Positions 22,595 through 34,204 of a stretch of 60,429 nt of DNA are shown one piece after another (position 1 is the stretch's first letter; each line of letters starts with the position of its first letter). Source of the stretch: an uncultured Gammaproteobacteria bacterium (GTDB taxonomy: Bacteria > Pseudomonadota > Gammaproteobacteria > Arenicellales > DRJH01); contig CAYQAP010000001.1 in NCBI GenBank assembly GCA_964415515.1, forward strand, positions 51,398 to 111,826, read 5' to 3'. The position numbers and the translations under genes are program-made. The notes beneath the pieces are model-generated. The model was not told the origin of the DNA and ran no database searches. It worked only from the letters and a program-made list of their open reading frames with translations.

Positions 22595-24865
22595 TTATTC
22601 GACAGGCGGTGGTGCCAGCACATTGCGTCGACCATTACTTTCCAATGGCCCGACCACTCCACAATTTTCCATAGTTTCGATCATTCTCGCAGCCCGATTA
22701 TAACCAACCCGCAATTGCCGCTGTACGGCAGAAATCGAAGCACGCCGGGTCTGGGTCACAAACTGCACCGCACTGTCATACAGAGGGTCGTCTTCGGCAG
22801 AGCTACCTGCAGCCAGGAATTCGGAGTTGATTTCCTCAGGCATCCCCTCCAGAACAGCCTCCACATACTGCGGGGCCGAGGTTTTCTTCAGGAATGATGC
22901 GACATCATTGACCTCCTGATCCGACACAAAAGACCCATGAATCCGCTCTGGCACACTGCTGTTAGGAGGGATGTATAACATATCACCCAGACCAAGCAAC
23001 TGCTCAGCACCCATCTGATCGAGAATGGTGCGTGAATCGACTCGTGAAGATACCTGAAAGGAGATTCTGGTCGGAATATTGGCTTTGAGCAACCCAGTGA
23101 TGACATCCACGGAAGGCCGCTGGGTGGCCAGTACCAAATGAATTCCCGCCGCCCGTGCACGCTGGGCAATCCGGGTAATGAGTTCCTCAACCTTCTTGCC
23201 AACAACCATCATCAGGTCAGCCAGCTCATCAATCACCACGACAATAAAGGGCAGTTCCTGAAGATACTCCGGTTCTCCCTCACCGCTTGCCAGGGGATCG
23301 GGAATCGGTTGTCCTGCTTTGCAGGCAGCCTTGACTTTGCGGTTGAAACCACTGATGTTGCGTACCCCCTGGGATGACATCTGACGATATCGCTGTTCCA
23401 TCTCAATAATGCACCAGCGCAAGGCATTGGCGGCCTGCTGCATGTCCGTGACGACCGGTGCCAGCAAATGGGGGATATCCTCATAGACGGACAGTTCCAG
23501 CATTTTTGGATCAATCATGATCAACCGTACTGTACTGGGCGTGGATTTGTACAACAAACTTAAAATCAGGGCATTAATGCAAACAGATTTACCCGAGCCC
23601 GTGGTGCCTGCAATCAGTATATGAGGCATTTTTGCCAGATCAGCAACAATGGTCTCTCCACTGATGTCTTTTCCAAGCACCAGGGTCAGGGGGCTTTGTG
23701 AGCGTTCGTATTCCACCGAGGTCAGGCCTTCTATCAGGCGTACGACCTCACGGTTTTCATTCGGAAGCTCGATACCGATGGTTGTTTTGCCGGGAATATT
23801 CTCAACCACCCGGATACTGACCATCGACAACGCACGGGCCAGATCCTTGGACAAAGTGGTGATCTGACTGGCCTTAATTCCGGGCGCCGGTTCCACTTCG
23901 AAACGGGTAATAACCGGCCCGGGATGCACAGCCACAACATCCACCTTAATATTAAAATCACTGAGTTTTTTTTCCAGCAGAGCAGAAAGTTTTTCCAAAG
24001 TCCGGCGTGAGTATCCGGTAGTTTTTGGATCCGGCTTCTCGAGCAACACCAGAGAGGGCAAGGTGTCCGCAACCGGTGCCTGCTCAAACAAACTGACCTG
24101 ATTGTGGACCAACGGCTGTGAACTTTCGGGCTGCTCAATTCTTGGTTCAATCCGCGGTGGAGTTTTGGTTTCCTGTTTGTGACGCTGTTGTTTGACAGAT
24201 TGCTCACGTAGCTGGCGAATTTCAGTGCCTCGTTTTCGATCATTTCTCTGCTGCCACCAGGTCAGGATCCGAACACAGTTGTTGCATACCAACGCACCGA
24301 TTTTATCCATCACAAGAAACCAGGACAAACGGGTAAACCAGGTCACTCCAACCAGGAAAATTATCACCAACAGCAAACTGGTCCCGACAAACCCGAACAG
24401 ATCAGCCGCGATACCGGCGACGGCTCCCCCAAGCAGGCCTCCAGCCACAAAAGTAGAGGAGGCCGATGCAGCATAGTGCAGATGTTCAAGGCCACAACCT
24501 GCGATAAAGATGAAAATAAAACCGGCCAGTACCCGTAGACGCTCACTATGGGACCATTTTTTTGGTTTGCGGCGGTATATCTGCAGCCCCAAAGCGACCA
24601 CCATAACCGGTAACAAATAGGCAAAGGAGCCAACAAACATAAATGCAATATCAGCGAACCAGGCTCCGATCGGGCCACTAAAATTTGTGCTGGTAGCACC
24701 GCTGCCGGTGTTCGAAAAACTTCGATCCAGACTCGAGTAGGTCAACAAAGCCAGCAGCAGATAAATGGCCACACCGATGGCAATCAGGAGCACTGTCTCC
24801 CGCCCCAGATGACCAAGATTCAGTGTGCCCGTGCGCTGACTGTGCTTCGAAGTTCTACTACTCAA
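22595..24865 (-). CDS. ftsK: DNA translocase FtsK
   Basis: 756 aa. It has N-terminal TM helices, a linker, a motor with Walker A IAGTTGSGKSVCINALI, and a gamma/KOPS-binding winged helix (ISAVQRQLRVGYNRAARMIE). The start is TTG 24865; no in-frame ATG lies nearby, so the start is less certain. Confidence 0.93.
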   Translation of the reverse strand: MSSRTSKHSQRTGTLNLGHLGRETVLLIAIGVAIYLLLALLTYSSLDRSFSNTGSGATSTNFSGPIGAWFADIAFMFVGSFAYLLPVMVVALGLQIYRRKPKKWSHSERLRVLAGFIFIFIAGCGLEHLHYAASASSTFVAGGLLGGAVAGIAADLFGFVGTSLLLVIIFLVGVTWFTRLSWFLVMDKIGALVCNNCVRILTWWQQRNDRKRGTEIRQLREQSVKQQRHKQETKTPPRIEPRIEQPESSQPLVHNQVSLFEQAPVADTLPSLVLLEKPDPKTTGYSRRTLEKLSALLEKKLSDFNIKVDVVAVHPGPVITRFEVEPAPGIKASQITTLSKDLARALSMVSIRVVENIPGKTTIGIELPNENREVVRLIEGLTSVEYERSQSPLTLVLGKDISGETIVADLAKMPHILIAGTTGSGKSVCINALILSLLYKSTPSTVRLIMIDPKMLELSVYEDIPHLLAPVVTDMQQAANALRWCIIEMEQRYRQMSSQGVRNISGFNRKVKAACKAGQPIPDPLASGEGEPEYLQELPFIVVVIDELADLMMVVGKKVEELITRIAQRARAAGIHLVLATQRPSVDVITGLLKANIPTRISFQVSSRVDSRTILDQMGAEQLLGLGDMLYIPPNSSVPERIHGSFVSDQEVNDVASFLKKTSAPQYVEAVLEGMPEEINSEFLAAGSSAEDDPLYDSAVQFVTQTRRASISAVQRQLRVGYNRAARMIETMENCGVVGPLESNGRRNVLAPPPVE

Positions 24866-24921
24866 ACCCGATATCCCTGTCCATACTCTGCAGCAATCCC
24901 CACCAAGCGGGGTGTTTGTAA

Positions 24922-26217
<1,296 letters not shown>

Positions 26218-26223
26218 TTCCTG

Positions 26224-26751
26224 TTGCCTGAAGATAACGACAACAGGCTGTTCCGGTCCGCTGTTGCGGATGTTCGACCACTGCGGGCGACCCTTCGCAA
26301 AGCACAGAGCCGACCGACTGGAAACGTTATCACCCGGCCCAGGCCATCCCGGCAGGCTGCGAAAAAACTCTTCGAAATAACCGATCACAGCATTGATGAC
26401 CTTGCGTCGTTTCGACGCCCGGGGCTGCAACGCCAGTTGCTGCTAAAACTGCGCCGAGGCCAGCTACCGGCCCAGGCAGAACTGGATTTGCATGGGTATA
26501 CCCAGACCAAAGCAGAGCTCTTATTGCATGAATTCATTAGCAACAGTCTGGCACGCAGGCTGCGACAGGTCCGGATCATTCACGGCAAGGGCAAAGGTTC
26601 GGCCGATGGTAAGGCGGTATTGCGAACCGCCACACGTGCCTGGTTACAACGCTGCAGTGCGGTCCTGGCTTATACTTCGCCACCGGCACATCACGGGGGC
26701 AGCGGTGCCGTCGATGTACTATTAATTCGCAATGGCGAATATTCGAGGTAG
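26224..26751 (+). CDS. smrA: Smr-domain endonuclease-like protein (SmrA/YdaL family)
   Basis: The N-terminus (NRLFRSAVADVRPL) and the Smr core (LDLHGYT...VRIIHGKGKGS...HHGGSGAVDVLL) align with E. coli YdaL. TTG start 6 nt after the trxB stop. Confidence 0.85.
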   Translation: MPEDNDNRLFRSAVADVRPLRATLRKAQSRPTGNVITRPRPSRQAAKKLFEITDHSIDDLASFRRPGLQRQLLLKLRRGQLPAQAELDLHGYTQTKAELLLHEFISNSLARRLRQVRIIHGKGKGSADGKAVLRTATRAWLQRCSAVLAYTSPPAHHGGSGAVDVLLIRNGEYSR

Positions 26752-26757
26752 CGGCAT

Positions 26758-28023
26758 ATGGCTGTAGGTATCGCGGAATTGGTAATCATCTGTCTGCTGG
26801 TCGACTGGTTGTTTCGCCGTGCCAAACTGCCGGGACTGATCGGCATGCTCGCCACCGGTATTGTTTTCGGGCCTTATGTCCTGAATCTGCTGAATTCGGA
26901 CCTGATGGCAATTTCCTCTGACCTGCGCTTAATTGCCCTGATTGTGATTCTGTTGCGGGCTGGTCTGGAGCTCAGTCGGCGGGTGCTCAATCAAGTGGGA
27001 AAAATGGTGCTGCTGCTTTCGGCTATTCCGGCAATTTTCGAGGGTATTACGATCACGCTGCTGGGCCCACAGCTGTTGCCCTTAAGCTATATGGAATCTG
27101 CCATTCTGGGCTCAATTCTGGGTGCGGTTTCACCCGCTGTGGTCGTACCATTGATGATCCAGTTCATTGAAAAACGCATGGGTGCTCGCAAGGGTATCCC
27201 CACCCTGGTAATGGCGGCATCCTCCATCGATGATGTCTTTGTGATCGTAATTTACAGTGTTCTGATCAGTCTTTATACTGGCCAGCAAATCAATATCCTG
27301 TGGCAGCTAGCCGGTATTCCGATCTCAATTGTGCTCGGTGTTTTGGTCGGTCTGGCAGCAGGGTTTGTGCTCTATAAACTGTTTGATCGCTTTAACCCCA
27401 GAAATACCAAGCGATCCTTGATCGTGCTCGGTATCTCGATCCTGCTGTTTCGGCTTGAGCACTTGCTTGAAAATATCCTGCCCTTTGCTTCCCTGCTGGC
27501 AGTGATGGCCATCGGCTTTATTATTCTGGAAAAACGCGAGCATGACGCGCATGCCTTGTCTTCCAAATTCAGTAAAATCTGGGTATTCGCCGAAATCCTG
27601 CTGTTTGCCCTGGTTGGAGCCCAGGTTAATGTCAATGTGGCCATGACCACGGGACTCGCTGGCGCCCTGCTGATCATGCTGGGCCTGGTCGGACGCAGTC
27701 TGGGCACTTGGTTGTGTCTACTTGGCAGCAACCTGAACCGCGGTGAACGCTGGTTTGTAGTGATTTCCTACTTGCCAAAAGCCACCGTCCAGGCGGCGAT
27801 CGGTGCTGCACCACTCGCGGCCATGGCCCTGGCCGGCATGCCAACTGCAGCCGGGGATGTCATCCTGGCAGCCGCTGTATTGAGCATTCTGCTGACCGCA
27901 CCACTGGGTGCCATCGCGATCTCTATTTCTGGAAACCGGGTTCTGGAAGTGGCCCCTGAGGATGTCGATGATGCCCTGCTGGCAGCCCGAGAAAGCAATC
28001 CTAAATCTGAAAATCTGCTCTAA
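26758..28023 (+). CDS. Cation:proton antiporter (Na+/H+ exchanger family)
   Basis: 421 aa, polytopic (about 11-12 hydrophobic helices), with typical CPA-family sequence throughout. Confidence 0.8.
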   Translation: MAVGIAELVIICLLVDWLFRRAKLPGLIGMLATGIVFGPYVLNLLNSDLMAISSDLRLIALIVILLRAGLELSRRVLNQVGKMVLLLSAIPAIFEGITITLLGPQLLPLSYMESAILGSILGAVSPAVVVPLMIQFIEKRMGARKGIPTLVMAASSIDDVFVIVIYSVLISLYTGQQINILWQLAGIPISIVLGVLVGLAAGFVLYKLFDRFNPRNTKRSLIVLGISILLFRLEHLLENILPFASLLAVMAIGFIILEKREHDAHALSSKFSKIWVFAEILLFALVGAQVNVNVAMTTGLAGALLIMLGLVGRSLGTWLCLLGSNLNRGERWFVVISYLPKATVQAAIGAAPLAAMALAGMPTAAGDVILAAAVLSILLTAPLGAIAISISGNRVLEVAPEDVDDALLAARESNPKSENLL

Positions 28024-28237
28024 GAACATTTCAGAATTACCCCCCATAACGCTCCACACGATCGAGGGACTACACGAGGCTTTCCCAATTCCGGCCGAAA
28101 GGCTTCTGCAGCATCGTTCCGAGCGTAGTGGCCATGCCACGCGCAGCCGGGGATATCGTACCTAACGAATAATGATGGATTGTGAGAATGCGTAATACTC
28201 CCCTTGCTGAGACAGCAAAATGGTGGCGACGACTTGA

Positions 28238-29227
28238 TCAGTCAAGCAAGCCCTGCTGCAGATACCAGCGGGCCGTCAATTGTGCACCTTCCTGAAAATG
28301 TACCGTGGGCGCAAAGGCCAAGAGCTGCTGTGTCTTGGTCGGAGAAAAGGCAAAACTCTTACGGAAAAAATCCATTCGGCGCCGGTGTAGAGGTGGCTGA
28401 ATACCCAAGGGCCGCAGCGTTTTCTCCAGCACTGTTGCCGCGACCATAAACGGCCACAGTGGAGCGTGCAGGCGTGGTACGCTCTTGCCCAAGGCGGTGG
28501 CAATGGCGTCTGCCATTTGCCGGGTACTAACCGGGTCCGGGCCGGGCATAACGAACACCTCGCCACGTGCCGCCGGTGTCTTGGCCGCCTTGAGTATGCC
28601 ACGAATCAAATCCTCGACATAAATCAGATGATGCAGATTGTCGCCTTTGCCGATAACAAAAAACACACCCTTGTTGATGGCCTTGAATAATTTCAGCAAC
28701 CGTCGGTCCCCAGGACCATAGGTCTCGGAAATTCGTACCACCACCAACGGCAAACGATCGGCGTAAGAAAGTACCAGCTGCTCACCATCCCGCTTGCTCA
28801 CTCCATAGATATTGTCCGGGGTCAATGGGGATTGTTCATCAATTACACCATCAAGAATTCCATAGACACCTATGGTACTGCCGTGCACAAACTGTTGCAC
28901 ACCCGCCGCCACTGCGGCTTCCAGCACCGCCCGGGTTCCCTCAATGTTGACGGTGCGAAAATGTGCATCAGGAACATTGGCCTCATGTTGCGTGGCAGCC
29001 AGATGCACCACCAGATCAACCCCGGCAAACCACTGCCCGTGCTGTCCAATCTGCTCTACCGCGACCAGATCAACGGCCACTCCCGCTGCAGTCAACAGCG
29101 CGACATTGCTTTCCTCGGCGGGCGTGTTTGCCTGCCCCAGAACATGTACCGTATCACCACACTGGTGACAAAAAAGGGCTAATCTGGAGCCGATAAAGCC
29201 AGTACCACCAGTAATCAATACATTCAT
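28238..29227 (-). CDS. NAD-dependent epimerase/dehydratase (extended SDR)
   Basis: Rossmann motif VLITGGTGFIGSRL, and YGVSK matches the catalytic YxxxK. Start at ATG 29227; the ORF-track start at 29233 is TTG. Confidence 0.85.
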   Translation of the reverse strand: MNVLITGGTGFIGSRLALFCHQCGDTVHVLGQANTPAEESNVALLTAAGVAVDLVAVEQIGQHGQWFAGVDLVVHLAATQHEANVPDAHFRTVNIEGTRAVLEAAVAAGVQQFVHGSTIGVYGILDGVIDEQSPLTPDNIYGVSKRDGEQLVLSYADRLPLVVVRISETYGPGDRRLLKLFKAINKGVFFVIGKGDNLHHLIYVEDLIRGILKAAKTPAARGEVFVMPGPDPVSTRQMADAIATALGKSVPRLHAPLWPFMVAATVLEKTLRPLGIQPPLHRRRMDFFRKSFAFSPTKTQQLLAFAPTVHFQEGAQLTARWYLQQGLLD

Positions 29228-29245
29228 AACCAATCTCTAGATTAT

Positions 29246-30943
29246 TCAGTTCAATTTGCGAAGCGTAAGTTTTTCGTAGAGCCGTATGGTGCGGGCAACT
29301 TCCTGTTGTTGCTGCACAGAACTCCAGCCAAGCTCCGGTGCCAGCAGTGCTGCGGTTTGCTCGAGCGCTGGGCGACCGGGATATTCTCCCGAACCCATAT
29401 CCGTACGCCGCATGACCACATCATCGAGCCGCGAGACCATCTCCTGCTGTGCCACATAGTTGACTTCTGTCACCAGTGTATTGGTGCCGATTATGGTCTG
29501 CAATCCTTCTGGTGCAGCTGTGGTCGACATGACCTGACGATACTCGCTGCCGTAATTTTGTACCACACCAGCCATGATATCCGCCTTTACAGCAGGGAAG
29601 TCGGCGACTGCCTGTCGTGTCAAGGCCAAGACATCGTCTACGGCACCACCAAAGATACGTCGGCTGGCGGTGGCACCACCGGGAGCGACGTTGCGCCGTA
29701 ATTTTTTCACGATCAAATTCACCGCATTAATGGCATCGACCCGGGCCGTGGTATAGCGTACGCCAATCAAGGTCACCAGACCCTGCAACTGGTGAGTTTT
29801 CCAATGGTCAATCATTCTGGAGCGTTTGCCATAGCTCAAATTAACCTGTTCGGGGGCGTTTTCACCGAACAACACCTGTCCGGCATTCCATAAATTGACC
29901 TCGCTGCGAGTGAGTTGCAATGCCGGATAGGCATCGTTGATTTCATCTAAAAAGCCATCCAGATCTGTTTCGGATACCCGCACATCATCGGCCGAACCGC
30001 GATCGACCACATGCCAGACACCGATCAGTGAATAGTGCCGCCACGGCACAATAAACAGGTGGCGAGCACTGCGGCTAAGAATAGCATCGGGATCTTTGGT
30101 GCGGCCCTCAGCGGCCAACGCACAGGGTGAATCGAAGATCCGTGGCACAATAAAACAGGCATCCCGAGAAAAGGTACTCGGATTAACCGGTTGCAGACCA
30201 CCGGAGCGACCGAGCAAGGCTTCGGACCAACCGCCTGAGGCATTGAGTACCGTTCGAGCCTGGATAGCAACAGCATCGCCCGTCAACGTATCGACAGCTT
30301 CTACACCACTAACCTGATTGCCGTTTGCCAGGATCTTCTGCGCCCGAACATAGTTCGCAACACACAATCCAGTCGTTGCCGCCGAACGCAGAAAAGACAG
30401 GGCCAGACGTGCTGTATTGAACATCTGGCCATCATAGAATTTTGCTGCACCGGTCAAGCCCTGGCGTTCGAGCCCAGGAAAATCGGCAAGCACTTCGTCA
30501 CGACTTAAAAAGCTGCTAGAGGGGACCTGACGTGCTGGATCATCAAGGCCGAGGTTGCGATCCATGGTCAGTACGTCATACAGTTTGATACCGATACCGA
30601 GAAATTCCTTGCCTTCCTTACCATGACCATAGGTTGGCACCACAACAGGCAGGGGTTTGACCAGGTGCGGTGCAATCTGGAGCAAGATTCTGCGTTCTTT
30701 GGCTGAGTGTCGCAGCCGATAAACATCCCCATGCTGCAAATAACGGATGCCACCATGCACCATCTTGAAGCAGTTGGCTGAGGCTCCATGACCGAAATCA
30801 CAAGCCTCGATCAATGCCACATCAAGTCCCCGCAATACCGCATCCCATGCCGTACAAATACCAAAGATGCCCCCACCAATAACCAGCAGGTCAAAGGTCT
30901 GGCTGCTAAGGCGGTTCAGATCACGTCGTAATGGCCCGGACAT
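29246..30943 (-). CDS. FAD-dependent oxidoreductase, GlpD/GlpO (glycerol-3-phosphate dehydrogenase)-like
   Basis: 565 aa. FAD-binding FDLLVIGGGIFGICTAWDAVLRG...GASANCFKMVHGGIRYL and a long C-terminal GlpD-type domain. The substrate cannot be inferred. Confidence 0.8.
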   Translation of the reverse strand: MSGPLRRDLNRLSSQTFDLLVIGGGIFGICTAWDAVLRGLDVALIEACDFGHGASANCFKMVHGGIRYLQHGDVYRLRHSAKERRILLQIAPHLVKPLPVVVPTYGHGKEGKEFLGIGIKLYDVLTMDRNLGLDDPARQVPSSSFLSRDEVLADFPGLERQGLTGAAKFYDGQMFNTARLALSFLRSAATTGLCVANYVRAQKILANGNQVSGVEAVDTLTGDAVAIQARTVLNASGGWSEALLGRSGGLQPVNPSTFSRDACFIVPRIFDSPCALAAEGRTKDPDAILSRSARHLFIVPWRHYSLIGVWHVVDRGSADDVRVSETDLDGFLDEINDAYPALQLTRSEVNLWNAGQVLFGENAPEQVNLSYGKRSRMIDHWKTHQLQGLVTLIGVRYTTARVDAINAVNLIVKKLRRNVAPGGATASRRIFGGAVDDVLALTRQAVADFPAVKADIMAGVVQNYGSEYRQVMSTTAAPEGLQTIIGTNTLVTEVNYVAQQEMVSRLDDVVMRRTDMGSGEYPGRPALEQTAALLAPELGWSSVQQQQEVARTIRLYEKLTLRKLN

Positions 30944-30990
30944 GCCATCTCCTGTGTGAAGGTAAAAAAAATTGACTCGCCGCCATCCCC

Positions 30991-32352
30991 TTAGCGCGGG
31001 CCTCGGGTGACTGCACGGGTACTTCGAGCAGTTTGCTTGTGTGCATAGGGATTGTCACTGTTGCGGACCTCAAGCCGAACCCGGGTACCGTCCAGGGCGA
31101 AGGCACTAGTTAGATAATTCGACAAATAACGCCGATAATGCCCTGGCAAGTGATCCAGCTGATTCCCATGTACGATAACCAGCGGTGGGTTCTTTCCACC
31201 CTGATGGGCATACTTCAATCGAACCCTGCGCTTCCCAATCAATGGGGGTGTCCGTGCTTCGACGGCCTTGGCCAGGTGTCGGTTTAAAGCACCGGTCCCC
31301 AGGTCACGAACTGCCGACTGGTAAGCGGTCATAACCGCCGGCATCACCTGATCCACTCCGGAGCCATGCAGCGCAGATATCATCCGCGGTTTCAGATAAT
31401 TCAGAAATGGCAAACGCCGGTCAATGGCTCTATGCAGATCGGTACGCTGTCTGGTCGTCAAACCATCCCATTTGTTGACCACCAGGACGATAGCCCGCCC
31501 CCAGCGCTCTACCAGGCCAGCCAGAGCGGCATCCTGGTCCACCACGCCGGTTCGGGCATCGAGCAACAATAACACCACATCGGCTGCATCAACGGCCTGC
31601 ATGGTTTTGACCACCGAAAGCTGCTCTAACTGGTCATTGATGCGACCCCGGCGACGAACACCGGCGGTATCAATCAACTCACAGGACTGCTCCTGCCATT
31701 CAAAGGGAATACGTACACTATCCCGAGTCGTACCTGGCTGATCGAAAACCACAACCCGCCTTTCGCCCAGCAACATATTGGTCAATGTCGATTTCCCGAC
31801 ATTGGGTCGCCCTACCAAAGCGATTACCGGATGACTAGTAACCTTTTTTTGCATTGTCGATGACGGTACGGGAAGCACCGTTTTGAGCAGTGCCGCAACC
31901 CCATCACCCTGCAATGCCGAAATTCGTCTCGGCAAACCCAAACCCAAACCATGAAAATCTGCAGCTGCAGCAGCTTCGGTCAGGCCTTCCGCCTTGTTCA
32001 CGACCAGATACACCGGTTTTTCCAGACACCGCAGCTGATCTGCGATCAGGCTGTCGGCGGTCAACAGACCCGTCCTGGCATCAACCAGGAACAACACCAG
32101 CGTACAATCTCTTAGCACCTGCAATAGATGCTCACGCGCCAAGCCCAGGACCGGATCATCATCTCCCGATTCCATACCCGCCGTATCAACCACCAGAAAT
32201 TGCCGCCCTCCGATGCTGCCCTGACCGTATAGATTGTCTCGGGTCACCCCAGGAAAATCATACACCAGCGCATTGCGTGAGTCCGTCAAGCGGTTAAAAA
32301 AGGTCGATTTCCCAACATTGGGTCGCCCTACCAGGGCAATTACCGGCTGCAT
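30991..32352 (-). CDS. der: Ribosome-associated GTPase Der (EngA), tandem G domains
   Basis: Two GRPNVGKST P-loops (MQPVIALVGRPNVGKSTFFN and IALVGRPNVGKSTLTN) and a KH-like C-terminus. Start moved to ATG 32352 by alignment with E. coli Der. Confidence 0.95.
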   Translation of the reverse strand: MQPVIALVGRPNVGKSTFFNRLTDSRNALVYDFPGVTRDNLYGQGSIGGRQFLVVDTAGMESGDDDPVLGLAREHLLQVLRDCTLVLFLVDARTGLLTADSLIADQLRCLEKPVYLVVNKAEGLTEAAAAADFHGLGLGLPRRISALQGDGVAALLKTVLPVPSSTMQKKVTSHPVIALVGRPNVGKSTLTNMLLGERRVVVFDQPGTTRDSVRIPFEWQEQSCELIDTAGVRRRGRINDQLEQLSVVKTMQAVDAADVVLLLLDARTGVVDQDAALAGLVERWGRAIVLVVNKWDGLTTRQRTDLHRAIDRRLPFLNYLKPRMISALHGSGVDQVMPAVMTAYQSAVRDLGTGALNRHLAKAVEARTPPLIGKRRVRLKYAHQGGKNPPLVIVHGNQLDHLPGHYRRYLSNYLTSAFALDGTRVRLEVRNSDNPYAHKQTARSTRAVTRGPR

Positions 32353-32374
32353 GAAATTGCTCGAGGAATACGGG

Positions 32375-33526
32375 TTACTTTGGGCCGACAATACGCATCA
32401 TCAGTAACTTTCCGTCCAGCGTCTGCACCACAAAATCACCAGCCACTGCAAGCGGTTTACTGGCAGCCGGTCCCGGCAAATCCAATCGGGTCAAGTATCG
32501 CCCATCCGCCTTGTTGAGTACGTGAATCAAATTACTGTCCCGTTCAGCCACCAGCAGATACTTGGAATACACGGTCGGACCCGCCAGGCGACGCCAGCGC
32601 AACCCTTCCTGAACCCAACGTACCGCACCGGTGAGGCGATCCAGTGCCCATATCTTTCCGGTTTCATCACTCAGATACTGTGTATTTTGATCGACAGAAT
32701 AATCTTCAAACGTAGAAATCTTACGATTCCACAACAACCGTCGGCTGCCAAGTGCCAATGCCATCACCTTGTTGTGATAGGCCGCAATATAGAGAACGGA
32801 ACCCAGTAACAGCGGGCTGGCGTCTATGTCGGTCAGGCGTTCTATTTCATCTCGACCGCTTATAGCACCAACCGCCGTTTTCCACAACTGCTTGCCGGAA
32901 GTGATATCGACTGCCACCAATGTCCCATCGGCATAGCCAATCAATGCCGTACCACGAAAGACCACTGGTCGAGATTGCCCACGCAGGGTCAAGGCCGGAA
33001 TTGAACGTCGAAAGTTCCATAGCTCGGTGCCATCCACCGCAGACAAGCCAGTCAGGCTGCCATCGATTGTACGCACCAGTACCGTATTTTGTGACTGCAC
33101 CGGCGCAGCCAGAATTTCATTCCCCAGTTGATGTCGCCACAGAACGGCCGCGTTGGTTAGATCAACTGCGATTACCGTGCCATCGGTAGCCAGCAACAGC
33201 TGACGAGGGGCCAGGCCAGGTGCAGCCGTAATCTGCCGTTTGGTGCGAATGGAAAATAATTGTTTGCCGCTGGCTGCGGAAATAGCTTTGGCCTCTCCAG
33301 CACTGCCGACAGCATAAACAATGCCCTTTTGCAGCCTGGGATACAGATACACATCCTGGCGGCTTTTATCCACGGTGACCTGATTCCGCCACACCACTTC
33401 AGCCTTGATCGCTGAGGTCACCTCTGGCATCGCTACTGGCTGTTGGGTCAGCTGGACACTATTTTTTCCTCCGCCACACGCCGCCAGTAGTGTGGTCAGA
33501 CCAACCAAAAAGAGAGTTCGTATCAT
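32375..33526 (-). CDS. bamB: Outer-membrane protein assembly factor BamB (PQQ-like beta-propeller lipoprotein)
   Basis: Lipobox LLAACGG and repeated propeller blades. It occupies the yfgM-bamB-der position. Start at ATG 33526 with AGGAG upstream. Confidence 0.92.
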   Translation of the reverse strand: MIRTLFLVGLTTLLAACGGGKNSVQLTQQPVAMPEVTSAIKAEVVWRNQVTVDKSRQDVYLYPRLQKGIVYAVGSAGEAKAISAASGKQLFSIRTKRQITAAPGLAPRQLLLATDGTVIAVDLTNAAVLWRHQLGNEILAAPVQSQNTVLVRTIDGSLTGLSAVDGTELWNFRRSIPALTLRGQSRPVVFRGTALIGYADGTLVAVDITSGKQLWKTAVGAISGRDEIERLTDIDASPLLLGSVLYIAAYHNKVMALALGSRRLLWNRKISTFEDYSVDQNTQYLSDETGKIWALDRLTGAVRWVQEGLRWRRLAGPTVYSKYLLVAERDSNLIHVLNKADGRYLTRLDLPGPAASKPLAVAGDFVVQTLDGKLLMMRIVGPK

Positions 33527-33527
33527 T

Positions 33528-34163
33528 TTATTGGCTCCTGGCATAATCACGCTTCATCACAAGAATATCACGGTACGATGAGGTCGAATCCAATCCGGCC
33601 AATGCCTTGTCATAAGCACTGGATGCCGCCTTGCGATCACCCCTGGCCATAGCCAGATCCCCCAGCAATTCGGCCTGACGTGATGCAAAAGCATCTCCTG
33701 TAACCTGCTCCAACAACAAGCCTGCTGCATCAAGATTGCCCTCAGATAGTAACAACTGTGCCAGGCGTAACCGGCCCAGCATCGCTATCGCAGGGTCCAC
33801 CGCATTGTCGATCACCCAACGCAACTGATTTTCAGCACTGTCAAAATCCTTTTTGCCGATGCTGACCTTGGCCAGCAGCAGTGCGGCCTCTCCGGCATAG
33901 GCGGAGCCCTTGAAGTCACTCATCAGACGCGCTCCAGCTGCGATAGCCTGATCCGGTTTGTGCAACTGCATCGCGGATGCCACCTGTTCGAATAACACGG
34001 AAGCGGCTTCAGCCTGCGTTTTCTGATAATTGCGCCAATAATTTACCCCGATCACGACAATTAATCCGAGCACCACACCGCCAATTATGGAATAACCGTT
34101 CTTCTTCCACCATTCTTTCAGTTTGGCAGTTTCATCATCTTCGAATAATAGTGGATCTGTCAT
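33528..34163 (-). CDS. yfgM: YfgM-family membrane-anchored TPR-like protein
   Basis: 211 aa with one N-terminal TM helix (IIGGVVLGLIVVIGV) and a helical TPR-like periplasmic part. It occupies the conserved position between hisS and bamB. Confidence 0.85.
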   Translation of the reverse strand: MTDPLLFEDDETAKLKEWWKKNGYSIIGGVVLGLIVVIGVNYWRNYQKTQAEAASVLFEQVASAMQLHKPDQAIAAGARLMSDFKGSAYAGEAALLLAKVSIGKKDFDSAENQLRWVIDNAVDPAIAMLGRLRLAQLLLSEGNLDAAGLLLEQVTGDAFASRQAELLGDLAMARGDRKAASSAYDKALAGLDSTSSYRDILVMKRDYARSQ

Positions 34164-34204
34164 GCTATGTCCTCAGGCTCGCTGGAGCCTGTAATAGGGT
34201 TGTT

